From Dehalococcoidia bacterium (GTDB lineage: Bacteria; Chloroflexota; Dehalococcoidia; Bin125), in contig CAXXSR010000001.1 in assembly GCA_963662615.2 (NCBI GenBank), positions 544,001 to 608,000 of the forward strand: a stretch of DNA of 64,000 nt, in the 5' to 3' direction. The notes under the pieces are model-generated. The model saw only the letters and a program-made list of their open reading frames with translations. It searched no databases and was not told the DNA's origin. Shown in pieces: positions 10,275 through 20,291 of the stretch; position 1 is the stretch's first letter, and every line of letters begins with the position of its first letter. The position numbers were made by a program, and so were the translations under genes.

Positions 10275-12095
10275 ATGAGCCCTGGAGTGTACGACTTCGC
10301 CATCGCCATCGGCGGTGCTGCCGGTCAGGGCATCGCCGTGCCGGGCAACATTCTCGCCCGCACCATGGTGCGCCACGGCCTACAGATCTACGCCTACAAC
10401 GCCTACCAGTCCATCATCCGCGGCGGACACATCTTTCTGACCGTGCGCATCCGCGACGGCGAAGTCCCCACCCACGGCGACAAGCTCGATCTGCTTATGT
10501 GCCTGAACCAGGACACCATGGACCGCCACCTGCGCCTGCTGGCGCCGGGCGCCAAGGCGATCTTCAACAGCGACGCGGTGCAGCCCGGCGAGGCGACGGC
10601 GGGGGTGCAGCTCTGCCCGACTCCGGTCGCCGACCTGACCGACAAGAACCCCAACAAGGTGCTGCAGAACACCGTCTTTCTGGGGATGGCCATGGCGATG
10701 ATGGGCCTGGAGTTCCAGGTGCTGGAGGAGGCGCTGAGGCAGCAGTTCGGTCGCAAGGGGGAGAAAGTCGTCGGCGAGAACCTCGGCGTCGCCCGGGCCG
10801 GATTCGACTACGCCCGGGCCACCTTCGACCCCTATCCGGATCCGGTCCCTCAGGGGTCCAAGCCCATGGCCGTGTGGACCGGCAATGAGGCGCTGGCCAT
10901 GGGCGGCGCCGCGGCGGGGGTGAAGTTCTACTGTGCCTATCCCATGAGCCCTGCCACCGGCGTGCTGCACTGGATGGCCAACAACTCGCGCGACCTCGGC
11001 ATCATGGTGCGCCAGGTGGAGGACGAGATCGGCGTCGCCAACATGACGATCGGCGCGGCGCTTGCCGGCTGCCGGGCGATGTGCGCCACCTCGGGCGGCG
11101 GCTTCGCCCTGATGAGCGAGGCGATCGGCTCGGCGGCGATGATGGAGATCCCCCTCGTCTTCATCGACGTGCAGCGCGCGGGCCCGTCCACGGGCGTGCC
11201 CACGAAGACGGAGCAGGGAGACCTGTGGCAGACGCTGGGCGCCAGCCAGGGCGACTTCGAGCGCTTTATCGTGGCGCCGAAGAACGCGCTTGACGCCTTC
11301 AACACAATGCCGGAGCTGTTCAACTTGGTGGACCGCTGCCAGTGCCCCGGCATCGTCGTTTCCGACCTGCTGATCTCGGAGGGCACCTTCAGCGTCGATC
11401 CGGACGCCATCGACCTGCACCCAGGCATCGACCGGGGCGCGCTGATCACTGAGCCGGCCCCGTCCTCCGACGGGGATCTCGCCGATCCGGGCACGCGCGA
11501 GGGCACCCGCTACCTGCGCTACAAGAACACCGAGAGCGGCGTCTCCCCGCGGGCGCTTCCCGGCCTGGAGGGCTACGCGCACGTCGTTGCCACGGATGAG
11601 CACGACGAGGACAGCGTCCTGATCAGCGACGAGTTCACCAACCCCCATAAGCGCCGCATGATGGTGGAGAAGCGCGCCCGCAAGATGGAGGGCATCCTTG
11701 ACATCATCGCCGCGCCCGAGTTGGAGGGGCCGGCGGACGCCCAGGTGACCTTGATCGGCTGGGGCTCGACGCACGGCGTCATCAAAGAGGCCGTGGCGCA
11801 GCTGGCGGCGATCGGCATCGTGGCGAACCATCTGCCCATCAAGTGGATCGTGCCGTTCCACGCCGAGGCGGTGCGGCGGATCCTGTCGTCGGCCAAGCGC
11901 ACGATCATCGTGGAGAATAACTACAGCGGGCAGTTCTACCGCTACATGCGCGGCGAAGCCGGCATCGATGTCGACGGCCACATCCGCAAGTACGATGGCG
12001 AGCCGTTCATGCCGCACCACATCGTCCGCGCCGTGGAGGAGCAGCTCGCCGGGAACACCGTTCACTCGGTGCCCGAACAGGAGATCATGGTCTAG
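10275..12095 (+). CDS. korA: 2-oxoacid:ferredoxin oxidoreductase alpha subunit (fused gamma-alpha)
   Basis: GGAAGQG, YPMSPAT, QVEDE, ATSGGGF and QRAGPSTGVPT motifs; GGAGG RBS; substrate cannot be determined. Confidence 0.92.
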   Translation: MSPGVYDFAIAIGGAAGQGIAVPGNILARTMVRHGLQIYAYNAYQSIIRGGHIFLTVRIRDGEVPTHGDKLDLLMCLNQDTMDRHLRLLAPGAKAIFNSDAVQPGEATAGVQLCPTPVADLTDKNPNKVLQNTVFLGMAMAMMGLEFQVLEEALRQQFGRKGEKVVGENLGVARAGFDYARATFDPYPDPVPQGSKPMAVWTGNEALAMGGAAAGVKFYCAYPMSPATGVLHWMANNSRDLGIMVRQVEDEIGVANMTIGAALAGCRAMCATSGGGFALMSEAIGSAAMMEIPLVFIDVQRAGPSTGVPTKTEQGDLWQTLGASQGDFERFIVAPKNALDAFNTMPELFNLVDRCQCPGIVVSDLLISEGTFSVDPDAIDLHPGIDRGALITEPAPSSDGDLADPGTREGTRYLRYKNTESGVSPRALPGLEGYAHVVATDEHDEDSVLISDEFTNPHKRRMMVEKRARKMEGILDIIAAPELEGPADAQVTLIGWGSTHGVIKEAVAQLAAIGIVANHLPIKWIVPFHAEAVRRILSSAKRTIIVENNYSGQFYRYMRGEAGIDVDGHIRKYDGEPFMPHHIVRAVEEQLAGNTVHSVPEQEIMV

Positions 12096-12172
12096 CGTGA
12101 CAAGAAGGCCGAGCTCGTCCACGGCTCGCGGCAGGCCCGTCCTGGCCACGGTGACCTGAGGAGAGGAACACG

Positions 12173-13081
12173 ATGAGCGCAGTAAGCACCGAGACCATTG
12201 AAGGTGAGCGCCGGGAGCTAAGCGCGAAGGACTTCAAGGGCAAGAGTGATCCGGACTGGTGTCCGGGCTGCGGCGACTTCGGCGTGCTGCGCAGTCTGCA
12301 GGCGGTCTGCGCGGAGCTTGGCCTCAGGCCGCACCAGTTGCTCACCATCAGCGGCATTGGCTGCTCGTCCAACTTCCCCGGCTACTTCAACTCCTACGGC
12401 GCCCACACGCTGCACGGCCGGATCCTGCCCGTGGCCACGGGCGCCAAACTGGCCAACCATGAGCTGACGGTGGTCTGCGCGGGCGGCGACGGCGACGGCT
12501 ACGGAATTGGCGGCAACCACTTCGTTCACATCGCCCGGCGCAACGTGGATCTGACCTACATCGTCATGAACAATCAGATCTACGGCCTGACCACGGGCCA
12601 GGTTTCGCCCACCAGCGAACTGGGCATGAAAACGAGAAGCACGCCGTTCGGCAACGTCGAGCGGCCGATCAACCCGATCACATCCGCGATCATGAACGGC
12701 GCCACCTTCGTGGCGCGCGGCTACACGGGCGACCAGAAGCAGCTGCAATCCTTGATCCGCCAGGCGATCGAGCATAGCGGCTTCTCACTGATCGACGTGT
12801 TCAGCCCCTGCGTCACCTTCAACCACGACAACTCCTACGCCTTCTTTAAGCCGCGCGTGCGGCGCCTGGAGGACGAAGGGCACGACGCCTCCGACTGGAA
12901 GGCGGCCTGCGAAAAGGCGATGCTCTGGGGCGACGACATCTATACGGGCCTCTTCTTGCAAACTCAGGTGCCCACCCTGGGCGAGAACGAGCCGGTACTG
13001 CAGGAGGGCGGCCCGCTCGCCTTCCGGCCGCTCGGCCTCAGCGAGGAGGAGACGGGCCGGATCATTCAGCGGATGATGTAG
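12173..13081 (+). CDS. korB: 2-oxoacid:ferredoxin oxidoreductase beta subunit
   Basis: WCPGCGD, SGIGCS, the TPP motif GGDGD...NNQIYGLT, and SPCVTFN. Confidence 0.92.
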   Translation: MSAVSTETIEGERRELSAKDFKGKSDPDWCPGCGDFGVLRSLQAVCAELGLRPHQLLTISGIGCSSNFPGYFNSYGAHTLHGRILPVATGAKLANHELTVVCAGGDGDGYGIGGNHFVHIARRNVDLTYIVMNNQIYGLTTGQVSPTSELGMKTRSTPFGNVERPINPITSAIMNGATFVARGYTGDQKQLQSLIRQAIEHSGFSLIDVFSPCVTFNHDNSYAFFKPRVRRLEDEGHDASDWKAACEKAMLWGDDIYTGLFLQTQVPTLGENEPVLQEGGPLAFRPLGLSEEETGRIIQRMM

Positions 13082-13217
13082 GCGCCGCCGGCGAGTCGGT
13101 CGCCGGGGCGCCGGCGCAGCGCTACGCTGCAAGGCCCATGCCTTCCACGCCTCCAACGCGGCGGATCCCCCTCCCTCTTTCCAGCGTGATGGAGCCCGCG
13201 TTGATCCCAACTGCGAG

Positions 13218-14342
13218 ATGACGCCCGCACGAGCCGACGTCGTGATCTGTGGCGGCGGGGTGATCGGCGCCGCCGTGGCCTACTACCTGGCCAAGCGCGG
13301 TGTTCGCGGCCTGATCGTGGAGGCGGAGGGGATCGCCTCCGGTGCCAGCGGCGCCGCCGCGGGGATCCTAACCCCGCCGATGCTCCCCGACCCGCGCGAT
13401 CCGCTGGGTGCCATGCTGCGCGCCGGCTTCGACCTCCACCTGGAGCTGGCGCGGACGTTGCCCCAGGAGTCAGGCCTGGACTACGCCTTCGCGCGCACCC
13501 CCCGCCTCTGGCTCGCCGTGAGCGAGGCGGAGGAGCGCCACGGCCGTCGTGTCGCGCAGACGCTGCGCGCGGCGGGCGCGGAGGGACGGTGGCTGACCCC
13601 GCCCCAGGTGCATGATCTGTGCGACTGGATCGACCGTCCCATCCGCGGCGCGCTGCTGGGCGAACTCGCCGCGCAGCTCGATCCGCATCGCTTCACCCAC
13701 GCGCTCATCGCGGCGGCGGAGCGGCTGGGCGCATCGACGCTGACGGGGCGCGTGACCGGCTTGGACCGCAAGGGCGAGCGGTTGACGGGCGTGCGCGTCG
13801 ACGGCCGCCTAATCCCCACGGACACCGCCGTCATCGCCATGGGGCCCTGGTCGAGCGAGGCGGCCGCCTGGCTCGGCAGCCCCGTGCCGGTGGAGCCGCT
13901 CAAGGGCCAGATCGTGCGCGTTCGCCCGCCCCGCGACCTGGCCCCCTGCGGCTTCTCCGACGCCAACGACGACTACGCCGTGCCCAAGCTCGGCGGCCTG
14001 GTCTACCTGGGGACCACGGAGGAGCGCGTGGGTTTTGATGTGACCCCCACGGCCGCCGCGCGCGATCGCATCCTCCGCTTCGGGGCCCGCTTCGCCTCGG
14101 TGTTGGAGGGCGCGGAGGTCGTGGAGCAGACGGCCTGCCTGCGCCCGCTCTCCAGGGACGGCCTCCCCATCATGGGCCCCGCCCCCGGCCTGGCCGGCGC
14201 CTACGTCGCCACCGGCCACGGCCGCAAGGGGCTGATGCTCGCTCCCGCCAGCGGACGCGCCTTGGCCGAGCTGGTCGTCGCGGGGCGAGCGTCGTCCATT
14301 GATCTGACTGCCTTCGCTCCCGGCCGCTTTCAGAACGCGTAA
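13218..14342 (+). CDS. FAD-dependent oxidoreductase, DAO/glycine oxidase (ThiO-like) family
   Basis: GGGVIG Rossmann motif, [22 protein letters not shown] and TGHGRKG. Confidence 0.85.
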   Translation: MTPARADVVICGGGVIGAAVAYYLAKRGVRGLIVEAEGIASGASGAAAGILTPPMLPDPRDPLGAMLRAGFDLHLELARTLPQESGLDYAFARTPRLWLAVSEAEERHGRRVAQTLRAAGAEGRWLTPPQVHDLCDWIDRPIRGALLGELAAQLDPHRFTHALIAAAERLGASTLTGRVTGLDRKGERLTGVRVDGRLIPTDTAVIAMGPWSSEAAAWLGSPVPVEPLKGQIVRVRPPRDLAPCGFSDANDDYAVPKLGGLVYLGTTEERVGFDVTPTAAARDRILRFGARFASVLEGAEVVEQTACLRPLSRDGLPIMGPAPGLAGAYVATGHGRKGLMLAPASGRALAELVVAGRASSIDLTAFAPGRFQNA

Positions 14343-14464
14343 CGGGATCTCGCCGCGGCGCTCCGCGTCCGCTCAAGCAGTCGCCGCGCTCGACATTTCG
14401 TCCCGATCTGGTAGGTTCGCGGGAGCGATCCAACGGCTGCGCACCATCCCATGAGGAGCACGCG

Positions 14465-16078
14465 ATGACCCGCACGAGTGAGCAGGACCGAACGGCCGCG
14501 CGCCCATCCGGCGCTGGGATTGAGGTGCTGGGCAAGGTGACACCGGCCTTCGAGGCGATCCTCACCCCGGAGGCGCTGGCCTTCCTGGCGGGCCTCCAGC
14601 GGGAGTTCAACGCCCGGCGCCAGGAGCTGCTCCAGCGTCGCACCGAGCGGCAGGCCGAGTTTGATCGCGGCGTCCTGCCCGACTTCCTCCCCGAGACCGA
14701 AGCGGTCCGCCACGGCGACTGGCGGGTCGCGGAGACTCCGGACGACCTGCAGCAGCGCTGGGTGGAGATCACCGGCCCGGTGGAGCGCAAGATGATGATC
14801 AACGCGCTCAACTCCGGCGCCGACGTCTTCATGGCCGACTTTGAGGACGCGCTCTCTCCTACCTGGACCAATGTCATGGACGGGCAGATCAACCTCTACG
14901 ACGCCGTCCGCCGCGACATTGTCTTCGAGAACCCCGACGGCCGCCGCTACACCCTCAACGACGAGGTGGCCACCCTCCTCGTGCGGCCGCGGGGCTGGCA
15001 CCTGCCGGAAAAAAACGTCCTCGTTGACGGGGAGCCGGTCTCGGCGAGCCTCTTCGACGTTGGCCTGTACTTGTTCCACAACGCCAAGGAACGGCTGGAT
15101 CGGGGCACCGGCCCCTACTTCTATCTCCCCAAGCTGGAGAGCCACTTGGAAGCGCGCCTCTGGGACGACGTCTTCACCTTCGCCGAGGACGCGCTCGCCA
15201 TCCCGCACGGCAGCGCGCGCGCCACCGTCTTGATTGAGACGATCCCGGCGGCGTTCGAGATGGAGGAGATCCTCCACGCCCTCCGCGACCACATGTCGGG
15301 GCTCAACGCCGGCCGCTGGGACTACATCTTCAGCGTCATCAAGCGCTTCCAGCGTCGTGACGACGTCCTCTTCCCGGACCGCGCCCAGGTCGTCATGACC
15401 GTCCCCTTCATGCGCGCCTACACGGATCTGCTCGTCCGCACCTGCCACAAGCGTGGAGCGCACGCGATTGGCGGGATGGCGGCGTTCATCCCCAACCGCC
15501 GCGATCCGGAACTGACCGCCATGGCGCTGGCCAAGGTGCACGAGGACAAGGAGCGCGAGTCCGGCGACGGCTTCGACGGTACCTGGGTCGCGCACCCCGA
15601 TCTGGTCCCCGTTGCCCACGAGGTCTTCGCGCGCGTGCTCGGCGACTGGCCGCACCAGAAGGAGCGCCTGCGCGAGGACGTCCACACGGAGGCCGCCGAT
15701 CTGACGGACACCCGCATCCCCGGCGGGACCATTAGCGAAGAGGGCGTCCGCGCCAACGTCACCGTCGCCTTGCAGTACATCAATGCCTGGCTCAACGGCA
15801 CGGGCGCCGCCGCCATCAACAACCTCATGGAGGATGCGGCAACGGCCGAGATCTCGCGCGCGCAGCTCTGGCAGTGGCTGCGCCACGGCGCGCGTCTTGA
15901 CGACGGCCGCGCCGTCACCCGGGAGCTGTACCAGGAGATCCGCGTGGAGGCGCTGGCCGCGCTGGGCCGCGCTAACGAAAGCCGCTACGGAGAGGCCGCG
16001 GAGATCCTGGACGACCTTGTCCTGCGCGACGATTTCGAAGAGTTCTTGACGCTGCCGGCCTACCGGCTGCTTCCCTAG
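14465..16078 (+). CDS. aceB: Malate synthase A
   Basis: [39 protein letters not shown] and [12 protein letters not shown] motifs. Confidence 0.97.
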   Translation: MTRTSEQDRTAARPSGAGIEVLGKVTPAFEAILTPEALAFLAGLQREFNARRQELLQRRTERQAEFDRGVLPDFLPETEAVRHGDWRVAETPDDLQQRWVEITGPVERKMMINALNSGADVFMADFEDALSPTWTNVMDGQINLYDAVRRDIVFENPDGRRYTLNDEVATLLVRPRGWHLPEKNVLVDGEPVSASLFDVGLYLFHNAKERLDRGTGPYFYLPKLESHLEARLWDDVFTFAEDALAIPHGSARATVLIETIPAAFEMEEILHALRDHMSGLNAGRWDYIFSVIKRFQRRDDVLFPDRAQVVMTVPFMRAYTDLLVRTCHKRGAHAIGGMAAFIPNRRDPELTAMALAKVHEDKERESGDGFDGTWVAHPDLVPVAHEVFARVLGDWPHQKERLREDVHTEAADLTDTRIPGGTISEEGVRANVTVALQYINAWLNGTGAAAINNLMEDAATAEISRAQLWQWLRHGARLDDGRAVTRELYQEIRVEALAALGRANESRYGEAAEILDDLVLRDDFEEFLTLPAYRLLP

Positions 16079-16107
16079 GCGGCCCTCGCCGCACGCGCCG
16101 CCGCCGT

Positions 16108-16185
16108 CCGTTCGTCCTGACCTGTCCTTCGCACAGCAGAAGGAGCCTGCCTGTCCTGATCCTTCCCTGCAGGAAGGACGAGCGG
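16108..16185. repeat. Palindromic REP-like element, family A (nested variant)
   Basis: CCGTTCGTCCTGA-CCTGTCCTTC...GAAGGA...; same modules as the copies at 47.3-52.6 kb; lies between convergent genes. Confidence 0.8.
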
Positions 16186-16214
16186 CGACTGCCCACCCTC
16201 AGAGCCGCCCCGCC

Positions 16215-17165
16215 TCAGAACATCGCGATGGGGTTCACCGGCGATCCGGTTCCCCCCGGCAGCAGCAGCGGGCCCAGCATGAGGAGGAAGTCCCAGCGCT
16301 TGCGCTGGCGGCAGGCGTCCAGCAACCGGTCCAGCCGCATGTTGTCGATCAGGTGCAGCCCGATGTAGACGATCCCGATCTGGTGCACCGGGCTGGCCCA
16401 GCCCTCAATCGCGGCGGGAACGGCGTCGGAGAAGCCGTCGCTGCCCAGCGCCGCCACGCCGCGTTCGTGCAGCCAGGGGAGGCAGTCGGCGCCCAGGCCG
16501 GCCATGCCGTCCTGGAAGCCCCAGGGGCCCTTCGCCGCGCGACGCGCATCCCGGCCGACCGACACCACCAAGATGTCGCCCTCTTCCACCTGCACCCCCT
16601 GACGCTGCTCCGCCGCGTCCAGCTCGCTTCGCGCCACCGTCTCGCCCAGCTCCAGCCAGTCAACGCCGCGAAGGCCGGGGATGTCGAGGAGCACGCCCCG
16701 GGAAAGGATGCCGTCTTCACAGGCCATGATGTTGTTACGGTTGGCGCCGGTGCTCGTGACCTCACTGGCGTCAACGCCGTTGTACATCTTGCCGTCCACA
16801 ATGAAGTGGCAGAGCGCATCCAGGTGGGTGTTCGCGAGCCCGTGCGGGGCGATCGCCATGTAGTCCGCGGTGAAGCTGAGGCCGGGGAGGACGGCGCCTT
16901 CCGGCATGTCGCCCGCCACCAGCATGTGATGCAGGACCGGCTCCGGATTGTCAACGTCCGGCATGACGGCGAGCGGGTGCGAGCAGCTCACCGTTGCGCC
17001 CTCACGGACGAGCCACGCGGCCGCCGCCCGTTTCGCTTGAGTGATGAGGTTGAGGGCGCCCCGCTCGTCCTCGGCGCCCCAGCGCCCCCAGTTCGAGACC
17101 TGCTGTGCCATCGCGTTCAGGTCGGCCTGGGTCAGAGTGGCGGCAGGAGTAGGGGCTTCGGCCAT
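16215..17165 (-). CDS. Cyclase-family metal-dependent hydrolase (kynurenine formamidase-like), copy 1
   Basis: SNWGRWG...DERGALN, HGLANTHLDAL, SRGVLLD and GGTGSPVNP motifs. Confidence 0.9.
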   Translation of the reverse strand: MAEAPTPAATLTQADLNAMAQQVSNWGRWGAEDERGALNLITQAKRAAAAWLVREGATVSCSHPLAVMPDVDNPEPVLHHMLVAGDMPEGAVLPGLSFTADYMAIAPHGLANTHLDALCHFIVDGKMYNGVDASEVTSTGANRNNIMACEDGILSRGVLLDIPGLRGVDWLELGETVARSELDAAEQRQGVQVEEGDILVVSVGRDARRAAKGPWGFQDGMAGLGADCLPWLHERGVAALGSDGFSDAVPAAIEGWASPVHQIGIVYIGLHLIDNMRLDRLLDACRQRKRWDFLLMLGPLLLPGGTGSPVNPIAMF

Positions 17166-17350
17166 GAGAGGACCTCCGGCTTCTTGCTCGCGGTGGAGGA
17201 GGGAGTATAGGCGGTACCGCCGCGCCGCGCCCCGCGCCGCACCGCGATATAGTGGCTGCTCCCGAGCGACGTAGGGGTTCTTCCCAACGTGGGCGCCGCG
17301 GCCCTGGCCTATCGTGAAAGTGCCACGCGCCAGTTAGCCGGGGGGCGTCC

Positions 17351-17623
17351 ATGCTCATCTTGACGCGTAAGATCGACCAAGCGATCATCATTGACGGGGA
17401 GATCCAGGTACGCGTCCTGGCCGTCAACGGCGAGCGTGTCAAGCTGGGCATCGCCGCGCCTCGCTCCGTCACCGTCCTCCGCGACGAACTCTGCGATGCC
17501 GTCCGCGCTGAGAACCGCGCCGCCGGCGCCGCCCGTCCCGCGGAGCTCCGCACCCTACGCGAGCGGATCAACGCCCATCACGCTTCCGACTCAGGAGCGG
17601 TTGACTCGGAAGCGACCGGGTAG
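17351..17623 (+). CDS. csrA: Carbon storage regulator CsrA
   Basis: MLILTRK...I.V.VL...GERVKLGIAAPRSVTVLRDEL, with a C-terminal ...EN..A extension. Confidence 0.92.
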   Translation: MLILTRKIDQAIIIDGEIQVRVLAVNGERVKLGIAAPRSVTVLRDELCDAVRAENRAAGAARPAELRTLRERINAHHASDSGAVDSEATG

Positions 17624-17680
17624 GCTGCGTCCGGCTGCGCAGCGCGCGCCGTTCCCACCACACATACGCTCAAGGCACGG

Positions 17681-17709
17681 CAAGAGCGGCGCCCGCCGCG
17701 CCGCTCTTG
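17681..17709. terminator. Hairpin between convergent csrA and the substrate-binding protein gene (likely bidirectional terminator)
   Basis: Perfect 12-bp stem CAAGAGCGGCGC/GCGCCGCTCTTG with a 5-nt loop; weak U tract. Confidence 0.55.
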
Positions 17710-17737
17710 ATCCGTTCGTTGGCCCGTAGCAAGCGGT

Positions 17738-19027
17738 CTACGAGCTGGCCTCGCGGAACGCGCAGTCAATGTCGCCGTTTTCGGCCAGGCAGATGTCGAA
17801 GCCGTGCACGGACATGTGCAGGTCGTCAAAACTGAGCGAGCCCAGCACACCGTCGTAGGTGAGGCTCTCCAACGCCGCCACAATGGCGTCGGTGTCCGTC
17901 ACCGTGCCAGCCTGCTGCCAGGCCTCCGTGAGCATGTAGACGTAGTCGTAGAAGAAGAGGCTGATCCCGGCGGCGAAGTTGAGATCCCCGCCCCCAGCGT
18001 CGAACCGGGCCCAGTAGTCCGCGGCGCGCTCGCTCGACGGGATCCCCCAGCAGCGCGTCTTGCACTCCAAGATTACCGGCACGTCCAAGGGGTCGTCGAA
18101 CAGCTCGGCGAATTCGGCGGGGTCCACCCCGTACACCACGTACGCCGGCGCCGCTTCCAGTTCAATGGCCGTGCGCAGTACGTTGACGGCGTCGCGCGGG
18201 TTGTGCCAGACGTGCAGGATGTCCGGCTCCCGGTTCTTGATCCGCGTGAGGAACGCCCCGTAATCCGTGGTTCCGACGGGATAGCGGATGGTGTCGAACA
18301 CTTCGTGCCCTGCCGCTGTCATCGCCGCCTCCCAGGCGGGGTCGATGAATTGCCCCGCTTGATCGTCGGCGATCAACAGCTGCGACGTGCGCGCCTCGGG
18401 CAGCAGCTCCACGACCGCCCGGGCCGAGATCGCCTGGCGCGCGTCCTCCGCTAGGAGGCTCCGGAAAAGCCAGTGGCTCTCGCCGCCGGGGGCCACGGAT
18501 TCCGCGGTGAGGAACTCGTCCAGGAGGATGGAGGGGGCGATCATGATCACCTCCTCGGTCTGCGTCACGTCCTGCGCGACCCGCGCATGGAAATCCTGCA
18601 ACGGCCCGAAGAGGAACTGCACGTCGTCGTTGTCCACGAGTTTGCGCGTGGCCGCAGCGGCCGTGTTGACGTCGGAGAAGGTGTTCTCGTTCTCCAGGTC
18701 AAGGGTGTAAACCGTGTCGCCTACGAGGACGCCGCCGGCGGCGTTGATCTCGTCCACCGCCAGCTCCACCCCGTCCAGCGCCGTCTCGCCGTACAGCACA
18801 AAATTGCCCGCCTGCGAGGCCACGCTGCCGATCTTTACGGTCCCCCGCTTCGTGGCGGCCGTCCCATCGTCGTCATCGCCGCCGCAGGCGGCCGCCAACC
18901 CCAGCGCCAGGACGGCAAGGCAGAACAACGCTGCCACGCTCAGCTGTCGGTTGCGGAAAAGGATGCCCCGCCGAAGTGGACCCATCCCGGCGTCTACCAA
19001 TGGTGCCATCTCGTTCGTGTCTGTCAC
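17738..19027 (-). CDS. Orphan ABC substrate-binding lipoprotein, LivJ/K (periplasmic binding protein type 1) family
   Basis: Lipobox AAACGGDDDD, VKIG, ELAVDEINAAGG, GTTDY and YDYVY motifs; start codon uncertain. Confidence 0.85.
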   Translation of the reverse strand: MTDTNEMAPLVDAGMGPLRRGILFRNRQLSVAALFCLAVLALGLAAACGGDDDDGTAATKRGTVKIGSVASQAGNFVLYGETALDGVELAVDEINAAGGVLVGDTVYTLDLENENTFSDVNTAAAATRKLVDNDDVQFLFGPLQDFHARVAQDVTQTEEVIMIAPSILLDEFLTAESVAPGGESHWLFRSLLAEDARQAISARAVVELLPEARTSQLLIADDQAGQFIDPAWEAAMTAAGHEVFDTIRYPVGTTDYGAFLTRIKNREPDILHVWHNPRDAVNVLRTAIELEAAPAYVVYGVDPAEFAELFDDPLDVPVILECKTRCWGIPSSERAADYWARFDAGGGDLNFAAGISLFFYDYVYMLTEAWQQAGTVTDTDAIVAALESLTYDGVLGSLSFDDLHMSVHGFDICLAENGDIDCAFREASS

Positions 19028-19137
19028 TACTCAGCCCTTTCGCTGTAGAGCACTGCTGCCCTACGTCAGACAGTGCCATGCGGGGGCAGGGATCGCGCCT
19101 TCACCTCGGGCGGTATTGGGGCACGCAATTGGGGTGG

Positions 19138-19169
19138 GCGGCATCCCTCCCAAACGGGAGGGATGCCGC
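19138..19169. other. Perfect 14-bp hairpin (possible terminator or processing stem)
   Basis: GCGGCATCCCTCCC-AAAC-GGGAGGGATGCCGC; no U tract. Confidence 0.5.
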
Positions 19170-19276
19170 TCCGTCGCATTCCGTGAGGCCGCTTGCGTGA
19201 AGGCACGGCAAGAGCGGCACCCGCCGCAGCCGAGGGCGGGTCTCGGCATGACCAGAGAGCGAACGAGCGGGCGCTC

Positions 19277-20218
19277 CTAGAACATCGCGATGGGGTTCAC
19301 GGGCGAGGCCGTGCCCCGCTCCAGACGCAACGGCGCCAGCGTGAAGAGGAACTCCCAGCGGTTGCGCTCGGAGCAGGCCGCCGTCAGCCGGCCCAGCTGC
19401 ATGTTGTCGATCAGGTGCACGCCGAGGGAGGGGATGACGATCTGATGGATGGGCATGGGCCAACCTTCCACGTCATGGGGGATGGCGTCGGAGATGCCGT
19501 CGCAGCCCAACACCGCAACGTCGCGCTCGCGCAACCAGGGAATGCAGTCGGCGCCGAGGCCGGCCATCCCATCCATGAAACCCCAAGGGCCGCGGGCGTC
19601 GCGGCGGGCGTCGCGCCCGGTCCCAATGAGGAGGACGTCGCCGGCCTCCACCTGCACACCCTGGCGCTCCTCGGCTGCCTCCAGCTCGCCGCGGGCGATG
19701 CGTTCGCCCGGCTCCAGCCAGTCGACGCCGCGCAGGCTGGGGATGTCGAGCAGCACGCCGCGGCTGACGATGCCGTCCTTGCCGGCCATGATGCTGTCGC
19801 GGTGGGCGCCGTTGCTGCGAACCTCGGCGACGTCGAAGCCGTTGTAAATCTTTCCTCCCACGGAGATATGGCAGAGCGCGTCCAGGTGGGTATTGGCAAT
19901 GCCGTGCGGTGCCATGGCGAAGTAGTCGGCGGTGAAGGCCAAGCCGGGCAGGAGGAGGCCCGCCGGCAGATCGCCCGCCATCAGCATGAAGTGCGCCACC
20001 GGCGCTTCGTTGTCCGCCGCCGGCGTCACCGCGACGGGCAGGGCGCAGCTCACCGCCACTCCGTCCTGTAGCAGGCCGCCCGCGGCGGCCCGCTTGGCGT
20101 CCGTGATCAGGTTCAGGGCGCCGCGCTCGTCCTCGGCGCCCCAGCGGCCCCAGTTCGAGACCTGCTGCGCCATAGCGTCCAAGTCGGCTGTGGTGAACGT
20201 GGCGGTCGTCTGGACCAT
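19277..20218 (-). CDS. Cyclase-family hydrolase, copy 2
   Basis: Same motifs as copy 1 (HGIANTHLDAL). Confidence 0.9.
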   Translation of the reverse strand: MVQTTATFTTADLDAMAQQVSNWGRWGAEDERGALNLITDAKRAAAGGLLQDGVAVSCALPVAVTPAADNEAPVAHFMLMAGDLPAGLLLPGLAFTADYFAMAPHGIANTHLDALCHISVGGKIYNGFDVAEVRSNGAHRDSIMAGKDGIVSRGVLLDIPSLRGVDWLEPGERIARGELEAAEERQGVQVEAGDVLLIGTGRDARRDARGPWGFMDGMAGLGADCIPWLRERDVAVLGCDGISDAIPHDVEGWPMPIHQIVIPSLGVHLIDNMQLGRLTAACSERNRWEFLFTLAPLRLERGTASPVNPIAMF

Positions 20219-20291
20219 CGGACGTCCCTCCTCTCCGTCGCGTGGGAAAGAGCGCGAGTATAGGTCGCGGTCAGATGGGGCTCAACAGCGC

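Noticed and set aside
19028-19276. Possible riboswitch upstream of the substrate-binding protein gene
   Set aside because: Only a simple hairpin and a direct-repeat copy were seen; no riboswitch consensus recognised; an Rfam scan would settle it
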